Source: Octopus sinensis
Taxonomy: Eukaryota
Length of the DNA: 64,000 bases
Direction: 5' to 3'
NCBI RefSeq assembly: GCF_006345805.1
Contig: NC_043009.1
Coordinates: 39,556,001 to 39,620,000 of the forward strand
The notes beneath the pieces are model-generated. The model ran no database searches, had not been told where the DNA came from, and saw only the letters and a program-made list of their open reading frames with translations. A program made the translations under genes and the position numbers. Below, piece by piece: positions 51,020 to 64,000 of this stretch; the first letter of the stretch is position 1, and every line of letters begins with the position of its first letter.

Positions 51020-54000
51020 ACTACTATTTAAAAGCTATAATACGCTACTTTAGCCATGAACGCTATTGACTTTAGGTTTGGTGACAATAATTTTCCTCAA
51101 AGGATTCATAAGATTCTTGCAGAATACAGTATTCTACTTTTCATCAATACCAGGCTTAATTCCAATATGCCTCAATATCTAACTTGCAGTTTGTGTAGTG
51201 TCCTAATTGTAGCAATTGCCAGAACAATAACTTTTATTTTAATCATTCACAGTCTCTTGAACTCTTCTGCTACGTCCTGTAAGTTCTATATATTCTCAAA
51301 TCTTTAGATATCTAGCCCACTCTTATATAGGATTACAAAGTCTGTGATATTACACAGTATATTTGTCTGTCGTCTTTGATCGTTCCTTGGATACTTTCTT
51401 CAATAATATGGTTAGGTTTTTGTAAAGAAATCTCACAAATTCATGTAATTTACCATTCACTATCACATCCTGTGGCTAGTGTTATATTACTTTTCTCTTA
51501 CATTGAATCTGCGCACACGGTTAACAACACAGTTCCGTCTTTTATCGATGCAACCATATAAGAGTTTATACTCTTTTTGTGCTAGCTTACTACTTCCACG
51601 CATATCCCGTTTTTTCTTCTGATGTTTATCAATCATTTTATTCATCAAAATCTTTGTCTTGTTCTTGTTTGTGTGGCTACAATCAGCGATTCGGTTTCGC
51701 ATTTAAGGTTTCTACGTCAGTCACAAGCATTCTCACATTCAAGATCCTCCTTTAATTGCATTAATTGGCTCCGTAATTTCATACATTTGCAGTTATTTTT
51801 TTATGTCGTAATTCCTTCTTTTCTGAAATTCTCCTACAGTTTCAGTGATTTTTTTACATACTTCTGGCCGCAGAAAGCATTCTTTTCTGACAGTGTACAT
51901 CATAGTTTTTTGCAAATTCAATATCGCAGTATTGATGGTGTCTTCTACCTGTAACAGACTGCTGCCTTCTCTCTTTCTTGGTATGTAAAGCCTACCGATT
52001 TTACTTTTAGGGTGTTGTGCTTTGTGCACCATGAACAGCTTCCCAGATCGTCTACTCAGTTTCTGTACTTCAAATTTTGTCCACTCTAGTAAAGTATCAC
52101 AGAATCTCATCACTGACAAGTCAAACATTTTGATGGTCTTGATAACAAATGTAGTCGATTTAGTTTTGTTTCAAATACCTTCCTAGCCATTTTCACGTAC
52201 TCCTATGAGACATTCTCTCTTTCAATTTTATTTCCATTACCTGTAATAATACTTAATGAGCTCATCTTGTGGTATCTTTAAAATTTTAGATTTAATATTA
52301 CAGTCTCTTCTCAGAAGTAGAACTGCGCACTTATTCATCCCAAACTATATATCATTATTCTTGCTACATATTCTTACTGTTTGAACTAGAGAAACCAGGT
52401 GTTTTCGTTCATGGTATATACGTGATATTATCTATATAAAACATGATTCATTTTCAAATTGCTTTCAGCGTGCTCATAAGCAGGTCTTCATTTCCCAGTA
52501 CGTTAGCCAGAAGAAATAACACAATATCGGTAAGTAATGGCGAATGTGATTTGGAGAGAGCTAGGCTTCCTGAAATATTCCATTCTAAAATTTTGCATTT
52601 ACTGATTCATTTCTGTACTTTCCGTACGTTAGTTCAATTTCGTATTGTATCATTATTTTCTTTCAAAAAATCACTTTTTAATATTCGCATTGATCCCCAA
52701 CAATCGCTGATTGTAGCCACTCAGGAACAAGGCAAATATTTTGCTAAAACTAAGATTGATAAAATACAGACTCTGCATGAAAGCAGTAACCTAGCACAAA
52801 AAAAGTATAAACTGTAGCATGCTTGCGTCGATAAAAGAGTGACAATAGAGTGGGGTAATATACTTTGAATTCTTGTAGTCTATACAACTAGCATCTAAGT
52901 TCTTTTATTTTTCATTTGTTCTTCATTTAACATCATGCTATTAATAATACAACAGATCAGTAACCTCCCATAACTTCTTTCCCCATCCTTTTGCTCCTCT
53001 GGTAATAGATTCTCATTCTCCAGGAAAGTATTCAATTCATTTACTATGATGCCACTTAAGAAATTCCAGAATAATGTTAAGCGTATATTATGCCGATAAT
53101 TACTGACTTCAGTAATTTTCTTTGTTAATGTCTATTACCGTGCCTTTCCTTTTGACATTCATATTGCTATTCCATTTTCTATGCAGTCAGTAAGAAACGG
53201 TTGAATATAGCTGTGCCTGCTTGTGAGATATTTGAGCCAAAATTCCTGGACGTAATTGAGTGCAGAGGATTTCCAATGTTGTATTTTTAACTATATTTTT
53301 CAAATTTTGATATATCTATATTTAGTTGTGTCGGTATATTTTCCGTTTTAATTTTCGACTCTCATAACCAGTTCATTTCCCTGTTAAGTTGAACCTTAAC
53401 AAAATTTCCTTCTTGCTTCAAAATTTGACATATTCCTCTGATCATCATTCCCATTGTTGAACTGATGGTAAATTACTTTTCATTGCTTCTGAATAAGCTT
53501 TCTGCTGATACTGACTTATTCTTTTCTGGTATTCATTTTTTTCCAGACTTCGCCTTAGTTTCTTTGCTTTTGGGGCTTGTTCCTATGTCTTTTAGTCATC
53601 GTAGTTTCTTTTAATTCTTTTTTTAAGTATTGCATTTATATTTCCAATATCTCTTTTGAGCTTCAGTCTCCATTTCTAGTATGAGCCTTTGTTGATTTAC
53701 TTTGCTTTATTTGAAACTCCAAGAATTTCGTTCACAGAGAGGCTGCTCAGTTTATAACATCAATTACATCTTTTATAATCCCTTATAATCTTAACTTTGG
53801 GTTTCATTTATAGCTTATCCAGTGGCTTTATTGCTTTACGCAGTTGTTCACTTTTGATTTCTCGTGAAACTGTTAATCTTATTCTGTCCCTAATTTGTGT
53901 CTCATTTCAATGTTGAAGTAAACTCTCTTCTGTAACACACTTACCCGCCATGAAATAAAACTTGCTTTCACAAATACAACCGTTTCTTTCTATCTAATGA

Positions 54001-54140
54001 TTCATTGATCTTTCTATTATATCTTGTTCAATTTCTTCTTCTACCAAGCTTCAAACTTCACTGTTTTTGACAATCGCTTCTAGGTCCAATTAGGATAGTC
54101 GATTTTCATGATTAGATTTTACTGATCTAGACGTATTTGT
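51020..54140 (-). mobile_element. Near full-length decayed R4/Dong retrotransposon (about 3.1 kb)
   Basis: ORF 51793-52128 EWTKFEVQKLSRRSGKLFMVHKAQHPKSKIGRLYIPRKREGSSLLQ (HPKADVxRLYxPRxxGGRGL-like); RLE-type EIxRLW..VIxxxIGxL remnant near 51200-51300; (TAA)n immediately upstream. Confidence 0.8.
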
Positions 54141-54149
54141 CTGCTACAA

Positions 54150-54210
54150 TTATCAGTGTTGTTGTTATTATAATTATTATTGTTGTTGCTGTTGTTGTTA
54201 TTATTATTAT

Positions 54211-54269
<59 letters not shown>

Positions 54270-54283
54270 CATCATCATCATCA
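54150..54283 (+). repeat. (TTA)n/(TTG)n/(TCA)n microsatellite
   Basis: Direct reading. A larger (ATT/GTT)n tract lies at 55730-55990. Confidence 0.95.
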
Positions 54284-54286
54284 GTA

Positions 54287-54450
54287 GAGGCGCAGGAGTG
54301 GCTGTGTTGTAAGAAGTTTGCTTACCAACCACATGTTTCCCGGTACAGTTCCACTGTGTGGCATCTTGGGCAAGTGTCTTCTACTATAGCCTCGGGCCGA
54401 CCAAAACTTGTGAGTGGATTTGGTAGACGGAATCTGAAAGAAGCCCGTCG

Positions 54451-54548
<98 letters not shown>

Positions 54549-54775
54549 GTGTGTGTGAGTATGTTTGTTTATCTGTATTTGTCCCCGACTCCCATCGTTT
54601 GACAACCGATGTTGATGTATCCACGCGCCCGTAACTTAGCGGTTCGGCAAGAGAGGAAGATAGAATATGTACTAGGCTTACAAAGAATAAGTCCTGGGGT
54701 CGATTTGTTCGACTAAAGGCACTGCTCCAGCATGACCTCAGTCAAATGACTGAAACAAATAAAAGAATAAAAGAG
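54287..54775 (+). mobile_element. Full-length SINE family B with internal (TA)n
   Basis: Collinear with 29960-30486. Confidence 0.9.
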
Positions 54776-54898
54776 AATCGTTACTGCGTCGGAGAGAGTC
54801 CATAGCGAGGTTTCATCCGTCTTTACGTGTTGAGTTCAAATTCCACCATGTTCGTCTTTGGTTTTCATTTTCTCAGGGCTTACTATTATTATTATTAT

Positions 54899-55456
54899 TG
54901 AGTGAGGGAACAGTGCATGCAATCAAAGTGACACTGGAGTAAAATATACGAATCCCAATATACCCATCATGACTACCCGTCTGATAAGGGTACACTAGGC
55001 ACATGCATCACAAGTATATGTGCGCGACATGGTGATCTTATATCAAGATAAACAGCACATGACCTTGCAGGGGGGGGGGCCCAGTTAGAACTTTATTCTG
55101 GTCGAGTAACCCAACCCTCTCAAAAGGTCCCTGAATAAGGGTTGTTTAAGGATGTTGATCGAAACACCCATGTTTCCAGAGGTGAATTATTCAAACCTCC
55201 AAGAATTCCTTTCAACACACACCTATGATGCTCCCCCACTACTTCTGCTCGTGATCAGAGCTGCTCATATTGTCAGCCACAAAGAGACATGCTCAACTGG
55301 ATAAGGTCAAACAACTGACAAGCAAATCTGTGGTATTGAGCAGAATATTTGCTGTAGCCCATCTTTTATACCAAGACAAAACAATGTACATGATAAGACT
55401 TCCAATCAGTTAAGATCAGAAGCCACGAGAGCCAAAGCCTGGCACTACACCAAGGC

Positions 55457-55458
<2 letters not shown>
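54899..55458 (-). mobile_element. About 560-bp non-coding interspersed element embedded in (TAA)n
   Basis: Complex, GC-richer sequence with no ORF, bounded by (TTA)n at 54882-54898 and 55459-55515. Strand inferred from repeat orientation. Confidence 0.55.
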
Positions 55459-55510
<52 letters not shown>

Positions 55511-55864
55511 TATTACCATTGATGTTGTTGTTTTTGTTATTGCTGTTATCACCATAATCATGCTTAACAGCATATCTTCAGTCTTTACGTTTGGTATTCA
55601 AATACCACAGATGACGACTTTGCCTTTCATCATTTCAGGGGTCGATGCAAAAAGTACCAGTTGAACACTTGAGTCAATAAAACCGACTAGTCCATATCTA
55701 ACAAAATTCAAGCCTCGTGCCTATTATAGAAAGTCTTATCATCACCATTATCATCACCAACACCAATACCACCAAGATCATGATGATGAGGAGCAAGAAG
55801 AGAAGCATGATTATTATCATTATTATTATTATTGTTGTTGTTGTTGTTATCATTATTATTGTTG

Positions 55865-55922
<58 letters not shown>

Positions 55923-56175
55923 CATCATTATTATTATTAACATTATTATTATTATTATTACAACTACTATCATTATTATTGTTATTATTACCGCATGAAA
56001 TGCACAAGATTTTACATTTTACAGACTTAATATACAGCTACCAAATCTTATTACACACATCAAATGTTAAATTGTTCGCGTGTGTATACACATAAATATA
56101 CATATATACGTGGATATGTATCTACAAGTGTATATGTGTATGTGTGTATCTATATAAGCATGTATATGTATGTGG

Positions 56176-56217
<42 letters not shown>

Positions 56218-56461
56218 GTGTGTATACACATATATGTGCATGTATGTGTATATATATATGTGTGTGTGAGTGCGCTTGTATATACATGAAAGTATATATA
56301 TATATAATATATATAAGTATATGTGTATATACATGGCTATATATACATGTGTATATATCTATATGTGTGTGTATATAGACATACACATATATGTTCACCT
56401 GTGAGTATATATATATATATATACATGCACACACACACATACACACACACACACATATATA

Positions 56462-56505
<44 letters not shown>

Positions 56506-57587
56506 GATTGTGGGAGACGAATATATGCCATGAAACAAATCAACTTATAGCTTCTATTCACAATAAGAACTACAGTATTTTTGATACCCCACATTCTTGC
56601 TGCCTTCACCAACAGAACGTTGTATTTGGACGTTTTTCATTTTGTATGATTGATGTTTCTGTCTGCTGGATATGAAATATCAATCAATATACATGATATA
56701 TTCGTATTATGGTTATGACTGTGTCAGGTCACTTGACCAGTTTTTCTATGTTTAATAGCATATATAATATAAAACTATTCTTTCCTTACAACCTTCTCAC
56801 GGTTATGACCACTGTTTGCTTTCAGTTTTATCTGAAAAAAAAAGCTATGTCTGTATCTGTATAATGCCGTCTGTGTTGAACACAATTGGATTGCTGTCTG
56901 TGTCTGCTTCTTCGAGCAGTGTTTACCTCTTTGTTAGATGCTTCAATTGTGAATATATCAAATTGTAAACTAGTAACATATCTGTTAAGTTTAATCTTCG
57001 ACATACATCTCTTTAATGGTATATAAATCAGGGTCATGTACTAAAAGATGTACGCAAAAAATAAAAAAAACAAAATGTCATTTTAATTGAATTCTGTCAC
57101 TTCGTTTGAGAAAGAGTACGAAAACATGGCTGTAAAAAATGTTTAACGACTCTCAAACCGGAGAGGGAATCTGATCTGCGTAACATTTTGTTGAAAACAA
57201 ACAAGTGTGTTAATTCATTTTAAATTTAAATCTATTTTACTTGAACTATTTCAGTCAACATATCACAGTTGTGTGGCGTAAATTTGGATACCTCAAGAAA
57301 TGTAAATCTAATGTAAATTTATCAAGTCTGTGTGTTATTAAATAGCACTTCAGCTATATAGTTGTTTCAATTTCACTTTAAGATCTCTGGTGAAGTCACT
57401 ACACTAGTACAAGCCCCAAAATATGAGATAGCTTTACTAAATATATTACGGAGATGTACTTGCATAGTAAGTGATCTGATCTGAGATCGTGTGCTGAAAC
57501 GAAAACATTTGCAGCGTGTTTATAAGACATTTAAGAAACACACAAAAACCGTTAGATTCACTTCAACATTTAAATTTAATTTGTCAA

Positions 57588-57657
57588 AATATTTTCGTCG
57601 CTTTGAGACCGCGACCTGTTCACCGGCAGGTCGCGGTCTCAAAGGGACGAAAATATT
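57588..57657. repeat. 31-bp inverted repeat, one mismatch, 8-nt loop
   Basis: AATATTTTCGTCGCTTTGAGACCGCGACCTG - TTCACCGG - CAGGTCGCGGTCTCAAAGGGACGAAAATATT. Confidence 0.95.
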
Positions 57658-58889
57658 GTTACTAAATATAATTTTTTAAATAATAAGCTGTGGAATCGTT
57701 TTTACTAAAGAACATAGCAGCTTCAATTATGTTTTGGTTGTAATAGACCTCGTCTGTGAAACTTAGGCCAAGTGGAGCCTTGTTGATTTATCGATGGGAA
57801 TATTACATGTAGAGAAAAACGTTACAGATGTTGGTCAATGGTAAATTGCATAAATAAACAATATAATGAACTAAGAGAAATAATTCCATGTTACGACTTC
57901 AGATTAATTTTGTAAAGGGCAAATGACATGCTATAGTCTATTTGATTTGCAATGTATTATGCATAGAAATGTTCGTAATTCTATTCAAATACTAGTTTCA
58001 GCTGTTACATTTTGTGGTTTTCTTTCGAACTCTGTACATATAATGTGACTGACAAAGTGAAACAAACAGCACTGATTGAAAGTGAAAAGATAAAATATAG
58101 TCGTTAATAATCGTCAACAATCAATAATAATTGCACTAATTGTAAAATGAAAATGAATTCTTTCTTTTTTCACTTCCTTCTTTAATCATTAAACTGAACT
58201 GGTTTGTCGAAAATGTGAAGAAAAAATCACAATCAACTACCAACTTTTGAAGCTTACACAGACATACGCATGTGCACACTCTTATACATATAGCTATACA
58301 TAAAAGACATATGTACGCATGCACACACCATCAAAATTAAAAATTTCCTTTGACTTTGCAGTTTACTTCCTTAGTCTACCATATCATATGTTCAAAGTTC
58401 GAAAAATATTCCATGTTGTTTATATAATAGCTTATGCTCGTCTATTCCCATGCTATTGTTTAATAGTCATTACTTATTTCAAATAATGTTTTCAGTTTTG
58501 CTGTTCCTCTGAACTCTGCTGTGTTCGTTCTGATTTATTATATTTTTATACGTACATCAACGTAACTGCTTGTGTTTAACATATGCAGTTATTTTATAAA
58601 TTCTCAGTGTTTAGACAATGGCCGTCGTCAACATCATCACGACGACGACGACCAACACCATCACCACCACCACCGCTGCCGACACTGCGACCTCCACCAC
58701 CACTGTCAACAACAACGGCTCTTTCATATTCACATAGTATTGCTTGATTTAACAAACCAGATGTTATAAATTGCGGGAACCACTACTTGGTCACTTGACT
58801 GGTTAGAAAAAAAGGGGGGACATATAATCTGAAACACCGTTATGGCCAATCCTTTGGTTGTATGTCGGCAATATTAGAAAAGAACTGGG

Positions 58890-59190
58890 CTTAAACAATT
58901 TCCCCAATCTGTATTGTGAGAGGTTTCCTTGATGTTCAGATAAATTCCACTAAGTATTTGTTTCCCTCTGTAGTATATAGTAGAATTTATCTTACCTGCT
59001 TAGTGCTAATTGCAATCGATGGCTGTATCCATTCATTTACGAGCGTGATACCCAATTATAGTTCATATACGTTGTTGGACATTCTACCTGTTGCTCTTCA
59101 ATATTAATCTCTCTGACGTAAATGATTCAGAAACGCGTTTTATCTCACGTTCGTTTTACATATGCTTCACAAGGGCGTTTGATCAGCTAA
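58890..59190 (-). mobile_element. Decayed CR1/Jockey-like LINE fragment
   Basis: Weak resemblance to the VRPxLEY...QRRAxR...RRxxxRL region. Confidence 0.3.
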
Positions 59191-59309
59191 TTAATTTCAA
59201 CTATATATTTATATATATATATATATTCCACCAAGGAATATAAGAATATAAGATTTATTATCTTTCGCCTTTTTATTCTAATGTTCTTTCGTTTTTGTTT
59301 ATATGGCTA

Positions 59310-59468
59310 GGTAGCTGGCTTTTCAACTGCATGGTTTTCAGTTGAGTCCCACTGTGCGGTAGAGTGAGCAAGTGTGTTCTACTGTTGCCCAAGGCTGACC
59401 AATGTCATTTTTACCACAGATATTAACTTTGTTGTAGTCCGTCGTATCTATCTATCTATCTATCTATC

Positions 59469-59538
<70 letters not shown>

Positions 59539-59549
59539 ATATCTATCTA

Positions 59550-59584
<35 letters not shown>

Positions 59585-59600
59585 GTGTGTTTGTGTGTGT
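59310..59600 (+). mobile_element. Degenerate 5' half of SINE family B plus (TCTA)(TA)(TG) tract
   Basis: GGTTTTCAGTTGAGTCCCACTG...GAGCAAGTGTGTTCTACT...GTCCGTCGTA then microsatellite. Confidence 0.55.
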
Positions 59601-59899
59601 GTGTATGTATATATATAACAATAATTTGAGGGAATCTCAATCAAACAAGCGCAATGAAATGCTGCATTCCATAAATAAGTGTAGTAGAAGTAAAGAGTGT
59701 ACATAAATCTTCAAGGTGTACGGACCTTGAATGAGAGCTTGGGTATATTTGCGAGTTAATATGAGGTCAGTTATGAAAAACATCACTATCTTGCTTGAGA
59801 ACTATATTTGGAAAAGCTTAACATGTAGGTAAAGGTGGTATATCCTTTAAACAGTAGATAACTTATGAAAGAAGATCTTGGAAGATATGCAAGTCCCCA

Positions 59900-60965
59900 A
59901 CCATTTTGGGAAGGGGTTAAGTCAATTACATCGACCTCACTACTCAAATGGTATTTAATTTATCAACAACGATGATACAAGATGAATTGCATAGTCGACC
60001 TCGGCGGAATTTGAACTCAGAACGTAAGGACGGACGAAATGCTGCTAATTATTTTCTCCGGCGTGCTAAACGATCTGCCAGCTCGTCGCCTTCCAAATAA
60101 TATTGATTTCATATTTTGAAACAAGGGTTAGGGTTCAGTTGATTATATCGATCCCGGGTGCTCAACTGGTATTAATTTTATCGACCCCCAAAAGGATGAA
60201 AGGCAAAATCAACCTTGGTGGAATTTGAACTCAGAACATAAGGAAATGCCACTAATCATTTTTCCCACCTTACAAACGATTCTGCCACTTCGCCGCCATC
60301 CAAATGATTATAACATTAATTTCAAATAATGGTACGAAGCTAGTAATTTCGGGGGTGGTGTTAAGTCGATTACAGCGACCCCACAGCTCAGTTAGTACTT
60401 ATTCTATCGACTCCGAAAGGATGAAATGAAAAGTTAATTTCGGTGGAATTTGAACACAGAACGAAATGCCGCAAAACATTTTCTCTGGCATACCAATGAT
60501 CTGCCAGTTCACCGACATCCAAATAATTATATTAATATCTGCCAGTATTATGGCTAAAAATAGATTCCCAAAATACTAATATAGCTTTGCGATATCAAAT
60601 TTTGTGCTAATCGTGTCTTGTTATCGATCTACCTCACGTATATCTCGTGAATTAAGATGTAGAATAGCGTACCTTCACTATAAAAGTTTATGGTGATCCG
60701 TTTTTAATTGATATAATTCATAGATGATATTTAAAGCTATCCAGAATATTGATTTCAAACTTTGGCACAGGGCCAGCAATTCCGAAGGAAGACCTAAGTC
60801 GATTATATTGACCCCTGGGCTCAACTGCTACATATTTTCACAACATCGAAAGGATGAAAAGCAAAGTCGACCTCGGCGGGATTTGAACTCAGAAAATAAA
60901 GTCGGACGAAATGTCGCTAGGCATTTTGTCCGGTGTGCTGACGCCTCTACTAGCTCACCGCTTTA
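59900..60965 (-). mobile_element. Array of four SINE family A copies
   Basis: GGAATTTGAAC(T/A)CAGAA cores at about 60006, 60222, 60445 and 60880; heads (GCTCGTCGCCTT-like) end at about 60092, 60299, 60517 and 60963. Confidence 0.85.
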
Positions 60966-61639
60966 AAGTTATCAAGAATATCAAACGGAGAAATTTGATT
61001 TTACAACTCGGTAATGTGTGACATGTTTGGCAATTGACAAAGAGAAGCGCTAAAAAAAAACTTCAATAAAAGTTAAACCCTACATACCATCTGTATCATT
61101 ATAACAAGTATGTCATGTTTAATCTGCTATCGGCCAACCTCTTTATTTTATCTCTTCGTATTCTAAGCTGACATCCGCATCTTTGAAATTGGATATGCAA
61201 TACTATCTTCTTAAATGCAATTATGTTATCTGTTTCTTCTCATTAGAAAACTTTCGCACATGTCAAGACACTACATGTAGTTTTTCATTAATTTACTTCA
61301 AATTTGTTGGTGGTCGTATGATGTATTGAAGAGTGTCCGCTACTTGAATCTATGCCATTGCTTCTGTGTAGTGCATATTTGCATGAAGAAAGTGAATGAA
61401 GGAGCAATGTATTGGATTATCAACACAATTCTTGTGTTACCTATTGAAAATCTCAACGAGAACAAAATGAAATGCATCGTTATCTGAGTATCAGTTTGTC
61501 TAAATTAGATCCTGGTAGTGTTACTTGAAGGTTTGGAGGTGTTACATGAAGCATGTCAACGTCCTATCTATGTTAAATCAAGTTATTAGATAGTTTCTTT
61601 ATAAATATTAACTTTAAGAACGTCTGTAAAACATGACAA

Positions 61640-62135
61640 AGTTAGTGAGAAAAGTGTATGTAGTTCTGTTCAATGTCAAAAATATCTTAAGAAGATATGA
61701 AGTTCATGTAAGATTTGTAAAGATGTATAAACAATATACGGGAAGTGAATTTGATACATGCCTTTATAGATTGTTTCAGGTTCCAAACTGTTGAACGAAA
61801 ACAAAAAGATGAGATTTTCAGCGCAACAACATTATAAATTCTCCACTTGAATGGATAAACTCCTCAAGATATATTGAGTACTGTTTCCTCGTTAATAAGC
61901 GAGAATTTGTAAGAAAATTCTAGCAAAGCGAAACTACTCACGTTACACGACGAAAACAGTGAAGTTTGGGGGCAAAAGTTTGATGCTTTGCGATATATAA
62001 AAAGTGATGGTTCAAAGAAGTTGGTTAAAATTGATGGTAACTTGAATAGTGTCAAATACATCTAGCTGCTGAAGGACAATTTGATGCCAAGCTTGGGATG
62101 AAGGGGAGAATTTTCAGCATGACGGTGCTCCATGC
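61640..62135 (+). pseudogene. Tc1-like transposase fragment
   Basis: KFGGKSLML..YIKSDGSKKLVKIDGNLNSVKYI*LLKDNLMP...IFQHDGAPC; truncated after the second D. Confidence 0.75.
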
Positions 62136-62237
62136 CTCAGAGTCTGGCTAATATGTTTTCAGCGGTGTAGAATTTACAATGTAATTATTCTTTTTCATTC
62201 CAGGTGCCATTATATCAAACATTTGGGAAGAGTAACC

Positions 62238-63204
62238 ATGCCACGCACAAAAAATTCAGTAGAGCTATCAGATTTTCAATAAGGTCGTATTGTTGGACAA
62301 TCTGAGGCGAAAAGTTGCCGAAAATCTTCAAATTCCTGTTGCTACTGTTAAGAGAATTATAGTGCAATTCAAAAGCCAGGGAAAAGAATCAACAAATTCT
62401 CGTCCCGGCCGACCTGGATCCTCGGAAAGGAAGCTTTGCTGTCTGAAGAGAATTGTGGAACACGAACCCCGTTCGAAGGCATCTGACATTGCAAAGCAGC
62501 TAGAAGTTAGTCACAGGATTTGTGGTACATATCTGCAAAATCTTGGGTATTAAGGACGAGCAGCTAGAAGAAAGCCTCTCCTTCAACGAATTGATATGAA
62601 AATAAAGGAATGGGCTAAGGAGATGTCAGAAAAATCCAGTTCATTTTGGGATAGAATAATTTTCTCAGATGAATCCAGTGGATGTGTTTGGGTCTGGAGG
62701 CTTCCCAATCAAGAATTTGATTTGAAACGACTGCAACCAACTGTGAAAGATGGCGGTATCTCTGTAATGGTATGGGGAGCTGTCACTAGCAATGGTCGTT
62801 CTGAGCTAATTGAATGTGTTGGAACCATAAACTCTGAAAGATACATCGAAATACTTAAGCAAGGACTACTTCGATGTATTCACATGATAACATATCGAAA
62901 AATGAGTTTTTATTCATGCCACTCAGCGAAACGGAATAAAAAATGGTTGAATGAAAATAGGATCAAAAAGCTTCCTTGGCCGAGCCAATCTCCTGACATG
63001 AGCCCAATTGAAAATCTTTGGAGCATACTAGATAGAGCTATACGAAAAACTCTCTAGAAACCTAAATCTAAAGATGAATTGTTTCCATTGTTGCTTGAAA
63101 AGTGGGCAGAAATTCTACAAGAGACAATCACAAAGTTCATCAGTTTAATGCCAAAAAGAGATTCTGAATTAAAAATTGCAAAGGGAATGTCAAATAAATA
63201 TTGA
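62238..63204 (+). pseudogene. Tc1 (DD34E) transposase pseudogene
   Basis: MPRTKNSVELSDFQ*GRIVG, RPGRP, IIFSDES, TVKDGGISVMVWG, WPSQSPDMSPIENLW, end GMSNKY*. Stops, frameshifts and loss of the QDNA region; no clear TIRs. Confidence 0.9.
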
Positions 63205-63344
63205 AGTATGTAGTCCTAACTATCGATTACATTTCAATTGTTCGCTTTGCGTATTAGATAAAAGATTTTGAAAATTAAAGATGTCTATTTATTTCCTGCA
63301 TGTCTGTGTATATAAATATATAATGAGAGAAAAGAAGGAAGGAA

Positions 63345-63394
<50 letters not shown>

Positions 63395-64000
63395 TATGTT
63401 GTAATATATTTCTCTATAGTTGTGATTCTCACAATACATAAGTCATAAAGAAGTGTATTATACTGTCTCAACCAAACTTCGAATGTAGACAGTGATTGGA
63501 GCATCTACGTTAAATTAGTATTGAAAATTCTGGAAAATGTAATTTCTATTCTGAAACTGTGAGGAAGAAAACGTTTCTTTGAATGGTTAACGTATTCCAT
63601 AGGTAGAAGACATTTCCTGATTTATATTTGTCGCTTCTATTTCTTACTTTCAAATTATAGTAATTTTTCATTTAACCGTTAATATTGTTTCGTATTTATT
63701 TTTCTCTTTTTTCTTTCTTATTTCTCACATAAAATTTCTTCACACATGAATATCTCGACTATGTTTAAAAATATATAGTTTTATCAAATTATTTCAAAAT
63801 GAATTTGCTTTATTCGAAATTCCTTATTAAATTCTTTAAATTTCATTTTCCTCAAAGATATTTTTTTTTATTTTTTTTATTTCTCATCCTGTCTTCGTAC
63901 TTTTTTTTTTTTCATGAATGGTCTCCTACTTTTAAAAGTTTTAAGACAAATTGTTTATTCAATATTTTTGGCTTCACTCTTTATTGCTTATAAATTTACT

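Noticed and set aside
56790-56831. Minus-strand 42-nt candidate exon IKLKANSGHNREKV
   Set aside because: The acceptor is just a poly(T) run and there is no independent support; typical pseudo-exon.

Overview
Eukaryotic, AT-rich, microsatellite-saturated DNA. The SINE/LINE repertoire looks like an octopus (coleoid cephalopod) genome; this is from recall and not verified by search. I found no intact protein-coding gene, rRNA, true tRNA or CRISPR array. Most ORFs in the supplied track are artefacts of (TA)n, (TG)n, (TACA)n, (TCTA)n, (ATT)n and (CAT/CCT)n tracts. The window is a graveyard of mobile elements: mariner, maT and Tc1 relics, a pogo-like MITE, fragments of CR1/L2, RTE, R4/Dong and Penelope-like retroelements, and three tRNA-derived SINE families. 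A few short candidate exons with strong splice signals suggest it may be intronic to a large gene. The most notable observations are: (1) hammerhead-ribozyme motifs in Penelope-like terminal repeats, with minimal palindromic stem III as in dimer-cleaving forms; (2) a 534-bp fold-back element made of two mariner 3' ends; (3) an 8-kb cluster of R4/Dong relics plus a non-coding element associated with (TAA)n tracts; (4) a near-perfect 70-nt hairpin; (5) ordered head-to-tail SINE arrays; (6) a probable false duplication around a 100-N gap. Boundaries of decayed elements are approximate, and family names rest on motif recall.
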